Assembly (NCBI GenBank): GCA_964016885.1
Contig: OZ024744.1
Location: 8,184,001-8,248,000 of the forward strand
Length of the DNA stretch: 64,000 nt
Reading direction: 5' to 3'
Source: Eledone cirrhosa
Lineage: Eukaryota
The notes below the pieces were generated by a model, which did no database searches, was not told the DNA's origin, and worked only from the letters and a program-made list of their open reading frames with translations. How positions within the stretch are numbered: position 1 is the stretch's first letter; the number at the start of each line of letters is the position of its first letter. A program made the translations under genes and the position numbers. This document shows, piece by piece, positions 26,761-39,900 of this stretch.

Positions 26761-29700
26761 GACACCATACTAGGGTGGTAGATTGGTAGTATTGGTAGAT
26801 GGTGTGACACCATACTAGGGTGGTGGATTGGTAGTATAGGTAGAGGGTGTGACACCATACTAGGGTGGTGGATTGGTAGTATAGGTAGAGGGTGTGACAA
26901 CATGTTAGCGTGGTGGATTGGTAGTATTGGTAGAGGATGTGACACCAAACTAGGGTGGTCATTGATAGTATAGGTAGAGGGTGTGAAAACATGTTAGAAT
27001 GGTAGATTGGTAGTATAGGTAGAGGGTGTGACACCATACTAGGGTGGTGGATTGGTAGTGTTGGTAGAGGGTGTGACACCATACTAGGGTGGTGGATTGG
27101 TAGTATAGGTAGAGGGTGTGATACCATACTAGGGTGGTTGATTGACAGTATAGGTAGAGGGTGTGACACCATACTAGGGTGGTGGATTGGTAGTATTGGT
27201 AGAGGGTGTGACACCATACTAGGGTGGTGGATTGGTAGTATAGGTAGAGGGTGTGACACCATACTAGGGTGGTAGATTGGTAGTATAGGTAGAGGGTGTG
27301 ACACCATGTTAGGGTGGTGGGTTGGTAGTATTGGTAGGGTGTGTGAAAACATGTTAGGATGGTAGATTGGTAGTATAGGTAGAGGGTGTGACAGCATACT
27401 AGGGTGGTGGATTGGCAGTATAGGTAGAGGGTGTGACACCATTCTAGGGTGGTGGATTGGTCGTATATGTAGAGTGTGTGACACCATACTTGGGTGGTAG
27501 ATTGGTAGTATAGGTAGAGGGCGTGACACGATGTTAGGGTATTAGATTGGTAGTATAGGTAGAGAGTGTGACACCATACTAGGGTGGTGGGTTGGTAGTA
27601 TAGGTAGAGGGTGTGACACCATACTAGGGTGCTGGATTGGTAGTATTGGTAGAGGATGTGACACCATACCAGGTGGTGGATTGTAGTATTGGTAGAGGGT
27701 GTGACACCATACTAGGGTGGTGGGTTGGTAGTATTGGTAGAGGGTCTGACACCATGTTAGGATGGTGGATTGGTAGTATAGGTAGAGGGTGTGACACCAT
27801 TCTAGGGTGGTAGATTGGTAGTATAGTTAGAGGGTGTGACACCATACTAGGGTGGTGGATTGGTAGTATTTTGGGAGAGTGTGTGATACCAAACTAGGGT
27901 GGTAGATTGGTAGTATATGTAGAGGGTATGACACCATACTAGGGTGGTAGATTGGTAGTATAGATAGAGGGTGTGACACCATACCAGGTGATGGATTGGT
28001 AGTATAGGTAGAGGGTGCGACAGCATAATAGAGTGGTGGATTGGTAGTATAGGTAGAGGGTGGGACACCATACTAGGGTGGTGGATTGGTAGTAGTGGTA
28101 GGGGGCCTTACACCATACTAGTGAGGTGGATTGGTAGTATAGGTAGAGGGTGTGACACCATACTAGGGTGGTAGATTGGTAGTATAGGTAGAGGGTGTGA
28201 CACCATACTAGGGTGGTGGATTGGTAGTATTGGTAGAGGGTGTGACACCATACTAGGGTGGTGGATTGGTAGTATTGGTAGAGGGTGTGACACCATACTA
28301 GTGTGGTGGATTGGTAGTATAGGTAGAGGGTGTGACACCATACTAGGGTGGTGGATTGGAGGTATAGGTAGATTGTGTGACAGCATACTAGGTTGGTGTA
28401 TTGGTAGTATAGGTAGAGGGTATGACACCATACTAGGGTGGTGGGTTGGTAGTATTGGTAGAGGGTGGGACACCATACTAGCTTGTTAGATTGGTAGTAT
28501 TGGTAGAGTGTGTGACATCATGTTAGGGTGGTGGATTGGTAGTATTGGTAGAGGGTATCACACCATGTTAGGATGGTGGATTGGTAGTATAGGTAGAGTG
28601 TGTGACACCATGTTAGGGTGGCTGATTGGTAGTATTGGTAGAGGGTGGGACACCATATTGTATGGTGGATTGGTAGAATAGGTAGAGGGTGTGACACCAT
28701 TCTTGGGTGGTGGATTGGTAGTATAGGTAGAGGGTGTGATACCATACTAGGGTGGTGTATTGGTAGTATAGGTAGAGGGTGTGACACCATACTAGGGTGG
28801 TGGATTGGTAGTATAGGTAGAGGGTGTGGCACCATACTAGGGTGGTGAATTGACAGTATTGTTAGAGGGTGTGACACCATACTAGGGTGGTGGATTGGTA
28901 GTATTGGTAGAGGGTCTGACACCATACTAGGGTGGTAGATTGGTAGTATAGGTAGATGGTGTGACACCATACTAGTTTGGTGGATTGGTAGTATAGGTAG
29001 AGGGTGTGACACCATACCAGGTGGTGGATTGGTAGTATAGGTAGAGGGTGTGACACCATACTAGGGTGGTGGATTGGTAGTATAGGTAGAGGGTGTGACA
29101 CCATACTACGGTGGTAGATAGGTAGTATAGGTAGAGAGTGTGACACCCTACTAGGGTGGTGGATTGGTAGAATAGGTAGAGGGTGTGACAACATAATAGT
29201 GTGGTGGATTGGTAGCATAGGTAAAGGGTGTGACACCATATTAGGGTGGTAGAGTGACAGTATACGTAGAGGGTGTGACACCATACTAGGGTGGTGGATT
29301 GGTAGTATTGGTAGGGGGTGTGACACCATGTTAGGGTGGTGGATTGGTAGTATAGGTAGAGGGTGTGACACCATACCAGGTGTTTGATTGGTAGTATATG
29401 TAGAGGGTATGACACCATACTAGGGTGGTGGATTGGTAGTATAGGTAGAGGGTGTGACACCATACTAGCGTGGTGGATTGGTAGTATAGGTAGAGGGTGT
29501 GACACCGTAACAGGTGGTTGATTGGTAGTATATGTAGAGGGTGTGACACCATACTAGGGTGGTGGATTGGTAGTATAGGTAGAGGGTGTGACACCATACT
29601 AGGGTGGTGGATTGGTAGTATAGGTAGAGGGTGTGACACCATACTAGGGTGGTAGAATGGTAGTATTGGTAGAGGGTGTGACACCATACTAGGGTGGTAC

Positions 29701-29849
29701 ATTGGTAGTATAGGTAGAGGGTGTGATACCATACTAGGGTGGTGTATTGGTAGTATAGGTAGAGTGTGTGATACCATACTAGGGTGGTGAATTGGTAGTA
29801 TAGGTAGAGGGTGTCATACCATACTAGGGTGGTGTATTGGTAGTATAGG

Positions 29850-30925
29850 TAGAGGGTGTGACACCATTCTAGGGTGGTAGATTGGTAGTATAGTTAGAGG
29901 GTGTGACACCATACTAGGGTGGTGGATTGGTAGTATTGGGAGAGGGTGTGATACCATACAAGGGTGGTAGATTGGTAGTATAGGTAGAGGGTATGACACC
30001 ATACTAGGGTGGTAGATTGGTAGTATAGATAAAGGGTGTGACACCATACCAGGTGATGGATTGGTAGTATAGGTAGAGGGTGTGACACCATACTAGGGTG
30101 GTGGATTGGTAGTATTGGTAGAGGGTACGACACCATAATAGAGTGGTGGATTGATTGTATAGGTAGAGGGTGTGACACCATACTAGGGTGGTGGATTGGT
30201 AGTAGTGGTAGGGGGCCTTACACCATACTAGGGTGGTGGATTGGTAGTATAGGTAGAGGGTGTGACACCATACTAGGGTGGTGGATTGACAGTATTGGTA
30301 GAGGGTGTGACACCATACTAGGGTGCTGGATTGGTATTATTGGTAGAGGGTCTGACACCATACTAGGGTGGTGGCTTGTTACTATTGGTAGAGGGTGTGA
30401 CACCATTCTAGGGTGGTAGATTGGTAGTATAGTTAGAGGGTGTGACACCATACTAGGGTGGTGGATTGGTAGTATTGGGAGAGGGTGTGATACCATACAA
30501 GGGTGGTAGATTGGTAGTATAGGTAGAGGGTATGACACCATACTAGGGTGGTAGATTGGTAGTATAGATAAAGGGTGTGACACCATACCAGGTGATGGAT
30601 TGGTAGTATAGGTAGAGGGTGTGACACCATACTAGGGTGGTGGATTGGTAGTATTGGTAGAGGGTGCGACACCATAATAGAGTGGTGGATTGGTTGTATA
30701 GGTAGAGGGTGTGACACCATACTAGGGTGGTGGATTGGTAGTAGTGGTAGGGGGCCTTACACCATACTAGGGTGGTGGATTGGTAGTATAGGTAGAGGGT
30801 GTGACACCATACTAGGGTGGTGGATTGACAGTATTGGTAGAGGGTGTGACACCATACTAGGGTGCTGGATTGGTATTATTGGTAGAGGGTCTGACACCAT
30901 ACTAGGGTGGTGGCTTGTTACTATT
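29850..30925 (+). repeat. 539-bp tandem sub-duplication (12 monomers, one of 44 bp) inside the next HOR copy
   Basis: ORF pairs 29894/30433 and 30218/30757 are offset by 539; GGGGGCCTTACACC is present in both copies. Confidence 0.9.
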
Positions 30926-33900
30926 GGTAGAGGGTGTGACACCATACTAGGGTGGTAGATTGGTAGTATTGGTAGATGGTGTGACACCATACTAGGGTGG
31001 TGGATTGGTAGTATAGGTAGAGGGTGTGACACCATACAAGGGTGGTGGATTGGTAGTATAGGTAGAGGGTGTGACAACATGTTAGCGTGGTGGATTGGTA
31101 GTATTGTTAGAGGATGTGACACCAAACTAGGGTGGTCATTGATAGTATAGGTAGAGGGTGTGAAAACATGTTAGAATGGTAGATTGGTAGTATAGGTAGA
31201 GGGTGTGACACCATACTAGGGTGGTGGATTGGTAGTGTTGGTAGAGGGTGTGACACCATACTAGGGTGGTGGATTGGTAGTATAGGTAGAGGGTGTGATA
31301 CCATACTAGGGTGGTTGATTGACAGTATAGGTAGAGGGTGTGACACCATACTAGGGTGGTGGATTGGTAGTATTGGTAGAGGGTGTGACACCATACTAGG
31401 GTGGTGGATTGGTAGTATAGGTAGAGGGTGTGACACCATACTAGGGTGGTAGATTGGTAGTATAGGTAGAGGGTGTGACACCATGTTAGGGTGGTGGGTT
31501 GGTAGTATTGGTAGGGTGTGTGAAAACATGTTAGGATGGTAGATTGGTAGTATAGGTAGAGGGTGTGACAGCATACTAGGGTGGTGGATTGGCAGTATAG
31601 GTAGAGGGTGTGACACCATTCTAGGGTGGTGGATTGGTCGTATATGTAGAGTGTGTGACACCATACTTGGGTGGTAGATTGGTAGTATAGGTAGAGGGCG
31701 TGACACGATGTTAGGGTGTTAGATTGGTAGTATAGGTAGAGAGTGTGACACCATACTAGGGTGGTGGGTTGGTAGTATAGGTAGAGGGTGTGACACCATA
31801 CTAGGGTGCTGGATTGGTAGTATTGGTAGAGGATGTGACACCATACCAGGTGGTGGATTGTAGTATTGGTAGAGGGTGTGACACCATACTAGGGTGGTGG
31901 GTTGGTAGTATTGGTAGAGGGTCTGACACCATGTTAGGATGGTGGATTGGTAGTATAGGTAGAGGGTGTGACACCATTCTAGGGTGGTAGATTGGTAGTA
32001 TAGTTAGAGGGTGTGACACCATACTAGGGTGGTGGATTGGTAGTATTTTGGGAGAGTGTGTGATACCAAACTAGGGTGGTAGATTGGTAGTATATGTAGA
32101 GGGTATGACACCATACTAGGGTGGTAGATTGGTAGTATAGATAGAGGGTGTGACACCATACCAGGTGATGGATTGGTAGTATAGGTAGAGGGTGCGACAG
32201 CATAATAGAGTGGTGGATTGGTAGTATAGGTAGAGGGTGGGACACCATTCTAGGGTGGTGGATTGGTAGTAGTGGTAGGGGGCCTTACACCATACTAGTG
32301 AGGTGGATTGGTAGTATAGGTAGAGGGTGTGACACCATACTAGGGTGGTAGATTGGTAGTATAGGTAGAGGGTGTGACACCATACTAGGGTGGTGGATTG
32401 GTAGTATTGGTAGAGGGTGTGACACCATACTAGGGTGGTGGATTGGTAGTATTGGTAGAGGGTGTGACACCATGCTAGTGTGGTGGATTGGTAGTATAGG
32501 TAGAGGGTGTGACACCATACTAGGGTGGTGGATTGGAGGTATAGGTAGATTGTGTGACAGCATACTAGGTTGGTGTATTGGTAGTATAGGTAGAGGGTAT
32601 GACACCATACTAGGGTGGTGGGTTGGTAGTATTGGTAGAGGGTGGGACACCATACTAGCTTGTTAGATTGGTAGTATTGGTAGAGGGTGTGACACCATGG
32701 TAAGGTGGTGGATTGGTAGTATTGTTAGAGTGTGTGACACCATACTAGGGTGGTGGATTGGTAGAGGGTGTGACACAATACTAGGGTGGTGGATTGGTAG
32801 TATTGGTAGAGTGTGTGACATCATGCTAGGGTGGTGGATTGGTAGTATTGGTAGAGGGTATCACACCATGTTAGGATGGTGGATTGGTAGTATAGGTAGA
32901 GTGTGTGACACCATGTTAGGGTGGCTGATTGGTAGTATTGGTAGAGGGTGGGACACCATACTAGTATGGTGGATTGGTAGTATAGGTAGAGGGTGTGACA
33001 CCATTCTAGGGTGGTGGATTGGTAGTATAGGTAGAGGGTGTGATACCATACTAGAGTGGTGTATTGGTAGTATAGGTAGAGGGCGTGACACCATACTAGG
33101 GTGGTGGATTGGTAGTATAGGTAGAGGGTGTGGCACCATACTAGGGTGGTGGATTGGTAGTATTGGGAGAGGGTGTGATACCATACAAGGGTGGTAGATT
33201 GGTAGTATAGGTAGAGGGTATGACACCATACTAGGGTGGTAGATTGGTAGTATAGATAAAGGGTGTGACACCATACCAGGTGATGGATTGGTAGTATAGG
33301 TAGAGGGTGTGACACCATACTAGGGTGGTGGATTGGTAGTATTGGTAGAGGGGGCGACACCATAATAGAGTGGTGGATTGGTTGTATAGGTAGAGGGTGT
33401 GACACCATACTAGGGTGGTGGATTGGTAGTAGTGGTAGGGGGCCTTACACCATACTAGGGTGGTGGATTGGTAGTATAGGTAGAGGGTGTGACACCATAC
33501 TAGGGTGGTGGATTGACAGTATTGGTAGAGGGTGTGACACCATACTAGGGTGCTGGATTGGTATTATTGGTAGAGGGTCTGACACCATACTAGGGTGGTG
33601 GCTTGTTACTATTGGTAGAGGGTGTGACACCATACTAGGGTGGTAGATTGGTAGTATTGGTAGATGGTGTGACACCATACTAGGGTGGTGGATTGGTAGT
33701 ATAGGTAGAGGGTGTGACACCATACAAGGGTGGTGGATTGGTAGTATAGGTAGAGGGTGTGACAACATGTTAGCGTGGTGGATTGGTAGTATTGTTAGAG
33801 GATGTGACACCAAACTAGGGTGGTCATTGATAGTATAGGTAGAGGGTGTGAAAACATGTTAGAATGGTAGATTGGTAGTATAGGTAGAGGGTGTGACACC

Positions 33901-36900
33901 ATACTAGGGTGGTGGATTGGTAGTGTTGGTAGAGGGTGTGACACCATACTAGGGTGGTGGATTGGTAGTATAGGTAGAGGGTGTGATACCATACTAGGGT
34001 GGTTGATTGACAGTATAGGTAGAGGGTGTGACACCATACTAGGGTGGTGGATTGGTAGTATTGGTAGAGGGTGTGACACCATACTAGGGTGGTGGATTGG
34101 TAGTATAGGTAGAGGGTGTGACACCATACTAGGGTGGTAGATTGGTAGTATAGGTAGAGGGTGTGACACCATGTTAGGGTGGTGGGTTGGTAGTATTGGT
34201 AGGGTGTGTGAAAACATGTTAGGATGGTAGATTGGTAGTATAGGTAGAGGGTGTGACAGCATACTAGGGTGGTGGATTGGCAGTATAGGTAGAGGGTGTG
34301 ACACCATTCTAGGGTGGTGGATTGGTCGTATATGTAGAGTGTGTGACACCATACTTGGGTGGTAGATTGGTAGTATAGGTAGAGGGCGTGACACGATGTT
34401 AGGGTGTTAGATTGGTAGTATAGGTAGAGAGTGTGACACCATACTAGGGTGGTGGGTTGGTAGTATAGGTAGAGGGTGTGACACCATACTAGGGTGCTGG
34501 ATTGGTAGTATTGGTAGAGGATGTGACACCATACCAGGTGGTGGATTGTAGTATTGGTAGAGGGTGTGACACCATACTAGGGTGGTGGGTTGGTAGTATT
34601 GGTAGAGGGTCTGACACCATGTTAGGATGGTGGATTGGTAGTATAGGTAGAGGGTGTGACACCATTCTAGGGTGGTAGATTGGTAGTATAGTTAGAGGGT
34701 GTGACACCATACTAGGGTGGTGGATTGGTAGTATTTTGGGAGAGTGTGTGATACCAAACTAGGGTGGTAGATTGGTAGTATATGTAGAGGGTATGACACC
34801 ATACTAGGGTGGTAGATTGGTAGTATAGATAGAGGGTGTGACACCATACCAGGTGATGGATTGGTAGTATAGGTAGAGGGTGCGACAGCATAATAGAGTG
34901 GTGGATTGGTAGTATAGGTAGAGGGTGGGACACCATACTAGTGAGGTGGATTGGTAGTATAGGTAGAGGGTGTGACACCATACTAGGGTGGTAGATTGGT
35001 AGTATAGGTAGAGGGTGTGACACCATACTAGGGTGGTGGATTGGTAGTATTGGTAGAGGGTGTGACACCATACTAGGGTGGTGGATTGGTAGTATTGGTA
35101 GAGGGTGTGACACCATACTAGTGTGGTGGATTGGTAGTATAGGTAGAGGGTGTGACACCATACTAGGGTGGTGGATTGGAGGTATAGGTAGATTGTGTGA
35201 CAGCATACTAGGTTGGTGTATTGGTAGTATAGGTAGAGGGTATGACACCATACTAGGGTGGTGGGTTGGTAGTATTGGTAGAGGGTGGGACACCATACTA
35301 GCTTGTTAGATTGGTAGTATTGGTAGAGGGTGTGACACCATGGTAAGGTGGTGGATTGGTAGTATTGGTAGAGTGTGTGACACCATACTAGGGTGGTGGA
35401 TTGGTAGAGGGTGTGACACAATACTAGGGTGGTGGATTGGTAGTATTGGTAGAGTGTGTGACATCATGTTAGGGTGGTGGATTGGTAGTATTGGTAGAGG
35501 GTATCACACCATGTTAGGATGGTGGATTGGTAGTATAGGTAGAGTGTGTGACACCATGTTAGGGTGGCTGATTGGTAGTATTGGTAGAGGGTGGGACACC
35601 ATACTAGTATGGTGGATTGGTAGTATAGGTAGAGGGTGTGACACCATTCTAGGGTGGTGGATTGGTAGTATAGGTAGAGGGTGTGATACCATACTAGAGT
35701 GGTGTATTGGTAGTATAGGTAGAGGGTGTGACACCATACTTGGGTGGTGGATTGGTAGTATAGGTAGAGGGTGTGGCACCATACTAGGGTGGTGGATTGG
35801 TAGTATTGGGAGAGGGTGTGATACCATACAAGGGTGGTAGATTGGTAGTATAGGTAGAGGGTATGACACCATACTAGGGTGGTAGATTGGTAGTATAGAT
35901 AAAGGGTGTGACACCATACCAGGTGATGGATTGGTAGTATAGGTAGAGGGTGTGACACCATACTAGGGTGGTGGATTGGTAGTATTGGTAGAGGGTGCGA
36001 CACCATAATAGAGTGGTGGATTGGTTGTATAGGTAGAGGGTGTGACACCATACTAGGGTGGTGGATTGGTAGTAGTGGTAGGGGGCCTTACACCATACTA
36101 GGGTGGTGGATTGGTAGTATAGGTAGAGGGTGTGACACCATACTAGGGTGGTGGATTGACAGTATTGGTAGAGGGTGTGACACCATACTAGGGTGCTGGA
36201 TTGGTATTATTGGTAGAGGGTCTGACACCATACTAGGGTGGTGGCTTGTTACTATTGGTAGAGGGTGTGACACCATACTAGGGTGGTAGATTGGTAGTAT
36301 TGGTAGATGGTGTGACACCATACTAGGGTGGTGGATTGGTAGTATAGGTAGAGGGTGTGACATCATACAAGGGTGGTGGATTGGTAGTATAGGTAGAGGG
36401 TGTGACAACATGTTAGCGTGGTGGATTGGTAGTATTGTTAGAGGATGTGACACCAAACTAGGGTGGTCATTGATAGTATAGGTAGAGGGTGTGAAAACAT
36501 GTTAGAATGGTAGATTGGTAGTATAGGTAGAGGGTGTGACACCATACTAGGGTGGTGGATTGGTAGTGTTGGTAGAGGGTGTGACACCATACTAGGGTGG
36601 TGGATTGGTAGTATAGGTAGAGGGTGTGATACCATACTAGGGTGGTTGATTGACAGTATAGGTAGAGGGTGTGACACCATACTAGGGTGGTGGATTGGTA
36701 GTATTGGTAGAGGGTGTGACACCATACTAGGGTGGTGGATTGGTAGTATAGGTAGAGGGTGTGACACCATACTAGGGTGGTAGATTGGTAGTATAGGTAG
36801 AGGGTGTGACACCATGTTAGGGTGGTGGGTTGGTAGTATTGGTAGGGTGTGTGAAAACATGTTAGGATGGTAGATTGGTAGTATAGGTAGAGGGTGTGAC

Positions 36901-39900
36901 AGCATACTAGGGTGGTGGATTGGCAGTATAGGTAGAGGGTGTGACACCATTCTAGGGTGGTGGATTGGTCGTATATGTAGAGTGTGTGACACCATACTTG
37001 GGTGGTAGATTGGTAGTATAGGTAGAGGGCGTGACACGATGTTAGGGTGTTAGATTGGTAGTATAGGTAGAGAGTGTGACACCATACTAGGGTGGTGGGT
37101 TGGTAGTATAGGTAGAGGGTGTGACACCATACTAGGGTGCTGGATTGGTAGTATTGGTAGAGGATGTGACACCATACCAGGTGGTGGATTGTAGTATTGG
37201 TAGAGGGTGTGACACCATACTAGGGTGGTGGGTTGGTAGTATTGGTAGAGGGTCTGACACCATGTTAGGATGGTGGATTGGTAGTATAGGTAGAGGGTGT
37301 GACACCATTCTAGGGTGGTAGATTGGTAGTATAGTTAGAGGGTGTGACACCATACTAGGGTGGTGGATTGGTAGTATTTTGGGAGAGTGTGTGATACCAA
37401 ACTAGGGTGGTAGATTGGTAGTATATGTAGAGGGTATGACACCATACTAGGGTGGTAGATTGGTAGTATAGATAGAGGGTGTGACACCATACCAGGTGAT
37501 GGATTGGTAGTATAGGTAGAGGGTGCGACAGCATAATAGAGTGGTGGATTGGTAGTATAGGTAGAGGGTGGGACACCATACTAGGGTGGTGGATTGGTAG
37601 TAGTGGTAGGGGGCCTTACACCATACTAGTGAGGTGGATTGGTAGTATAGGTAGAGGGTGTGACACCATACTAGGGTGGTAGATTGGTAGTATAGGTAGA
37701 GGGTGTGACACCATACTTGGGTGGTGGATTGGTAGTATTGGTAGAGGGTGTGACACCATACTAGGGTGGTGGATTGGTAGTATTGGTAGAGGGTGTGACA
37801 CCATACTAGTGTGGTGGATTGGTAGTATAGGTAGAGGGTGTGACACCATACTAGGGTGGTGGATTGGAGGTATAGGTAGATTGTGTGACAGCATACTAGG
37901 TTGGTGTATTGGTAGTATAGGTAGAGGGTATGACACCATACTAGGGTGGTGGGTTGGTAGTATTGGTAGAGGGTGGGACACCATACTAGCTTGTTAGATT
38001 GGTAGTATTGGTAGAGGGTGTGACACCATGGTAAGGTGGTGGATTGGTAGTATTGGTAGAGTGTGTGACACCATACTAGGGTGGTGGATTGGTAGAGGGT
38101 GTGACACAATACTAGGGTGGTGGATTGGTAGTATTGGTAGAGTGTGTGACATCATGTTAGGGTGGTGGATTGGTAGTATTGGTAGAGGGTATCACACCAT
38201 GTTAGGATGGTGGATTGGTAGTATAGGTAGAGTGTGTGACACCATGTTAGGGTGGCTGATTGGTAGTATTGGTAGAGGGTGGGACACCATACTAGTATGG
38301 TGGATTGGTAGTATAGGTAGAGGGTGTGACACCATTCTAGGGTGGTGGATTGGTAGTATAGGTAGAGGGTGTGATACCATACTAGAGTGGTGTATTGGTA
38401 GTATAGGTAGAGGGTGTGACACCATACTAGGGTGGTGGATTGGTAGTATAGGTAGAGGGTGTGGCACCATACTAGGGTGGTGGATTGACAGTATTGTTAG
38501 AGGGTGTGACACCATACTAGGGTGGTGGATTGGTAGTATAGGTAGAGGGTCTGACACCATACTAGGTTGGTAGATTGGTAGTATAGGTAGATGGTGTGAC
38601 ACCATACTAGGTTGGTGGATTGGTAGTATAGGTAGAGGGTGTGACACCATACCAGGTGGTGGATTGGTAGTATAGGTAGAGGGTGTGACACCATACTAGG
38701 GTGGTGGATTGGTAGTATAGGTAGAGGGTGTGACACCATACTACGGTGGTAGATAGGTAGTATAGGTAGAGAGTGTGACACCCTACTAGGGTGGTGGATT
38801 GGTAGAATAGGTAGAGGGTGTGACAACATAATAGTGTGGTGGATTGGTAGCATAGGTAAAGGGTGTGACACCATATTAGGGTGGTAGAGTGACAGTATAC
38901 GTAGAGGGTGTGACACCATACTAGGGTGGTGGATTGGTAGTATTGGTAGGGGGTGTGACACCATGTTAGGGTGGTGGATTGGTAGTATAGGTAGAGGGTG
39001 TGACACCATACCAGGTGTTTGATTGGTAGTATATGTAGAGGGTATGACACCATACTAGGGTGGTGGATTGGTAGTATAGGTAGAGGGTGTGACACCATAC
39101 TAGCGTGGTGGATTGGTAGTATAGGTAGATGGTGTGACACCATACCAGGTGGTTGATTGGTAGTATATGTAGAGGGTGTGACACCATACTAGGGTGGTGG
39201 ATTGGTAGTATAGGTAGAGGGTGTGACACCATTCTAGGGTGGTGGATTGGTAGTATAGGTAGAGGGTGTGACACCATACTAGGGTGGTAGAATGGTAGTA
39301 TTGGTAGAGGGTGTGACACCATACTAGGGTGGTACATTGGTAGTATAGGTAGAGGGTGTGATACCATACTAGGGTGGTGTATTGGTAGTATAGGTAGAGT
39401 GTGTGATACCATACTAGGGTGGTGAATTGGTAGTATAGGTAGAGGGTGTCATACCATACTAGGGTGGTGTATTGGTAGTATAAGTAGAGGGTGTGACACC
39501 ATTCTAGGGTGGTAGATTGGTATTATAGTTAGAGGGTGTGACACCATAATAGGGTGGTGGATTGGTAGTATTGGGAGAGGGTGTGATACCATACAAGGGT
39601 GGGAGATTGGTAGTATAGGTAGAGGGTATGACACCATACTAGGATGGTGGATTGGTAGTATAGATAGAGGGTGTGACACCATACCAGGTGATGGCTTGGT
39701 AGTATATGTAGAGGGTGTGACACCATACTAGGGTGGTGGATTGGTAGTATTGGTAGAGGGTGCGACACCATAATAGAGTGGTGGATTGGTTGTATAGGTA
39801 GAGGGTGTGACACCATACTAGGGTGGTGGATTGGTAGTAGTGGTAGGGGGCCTTACACCATACTAGGGTGGTGGATTGGTAGTATAGGTAGAGGGTGTGA

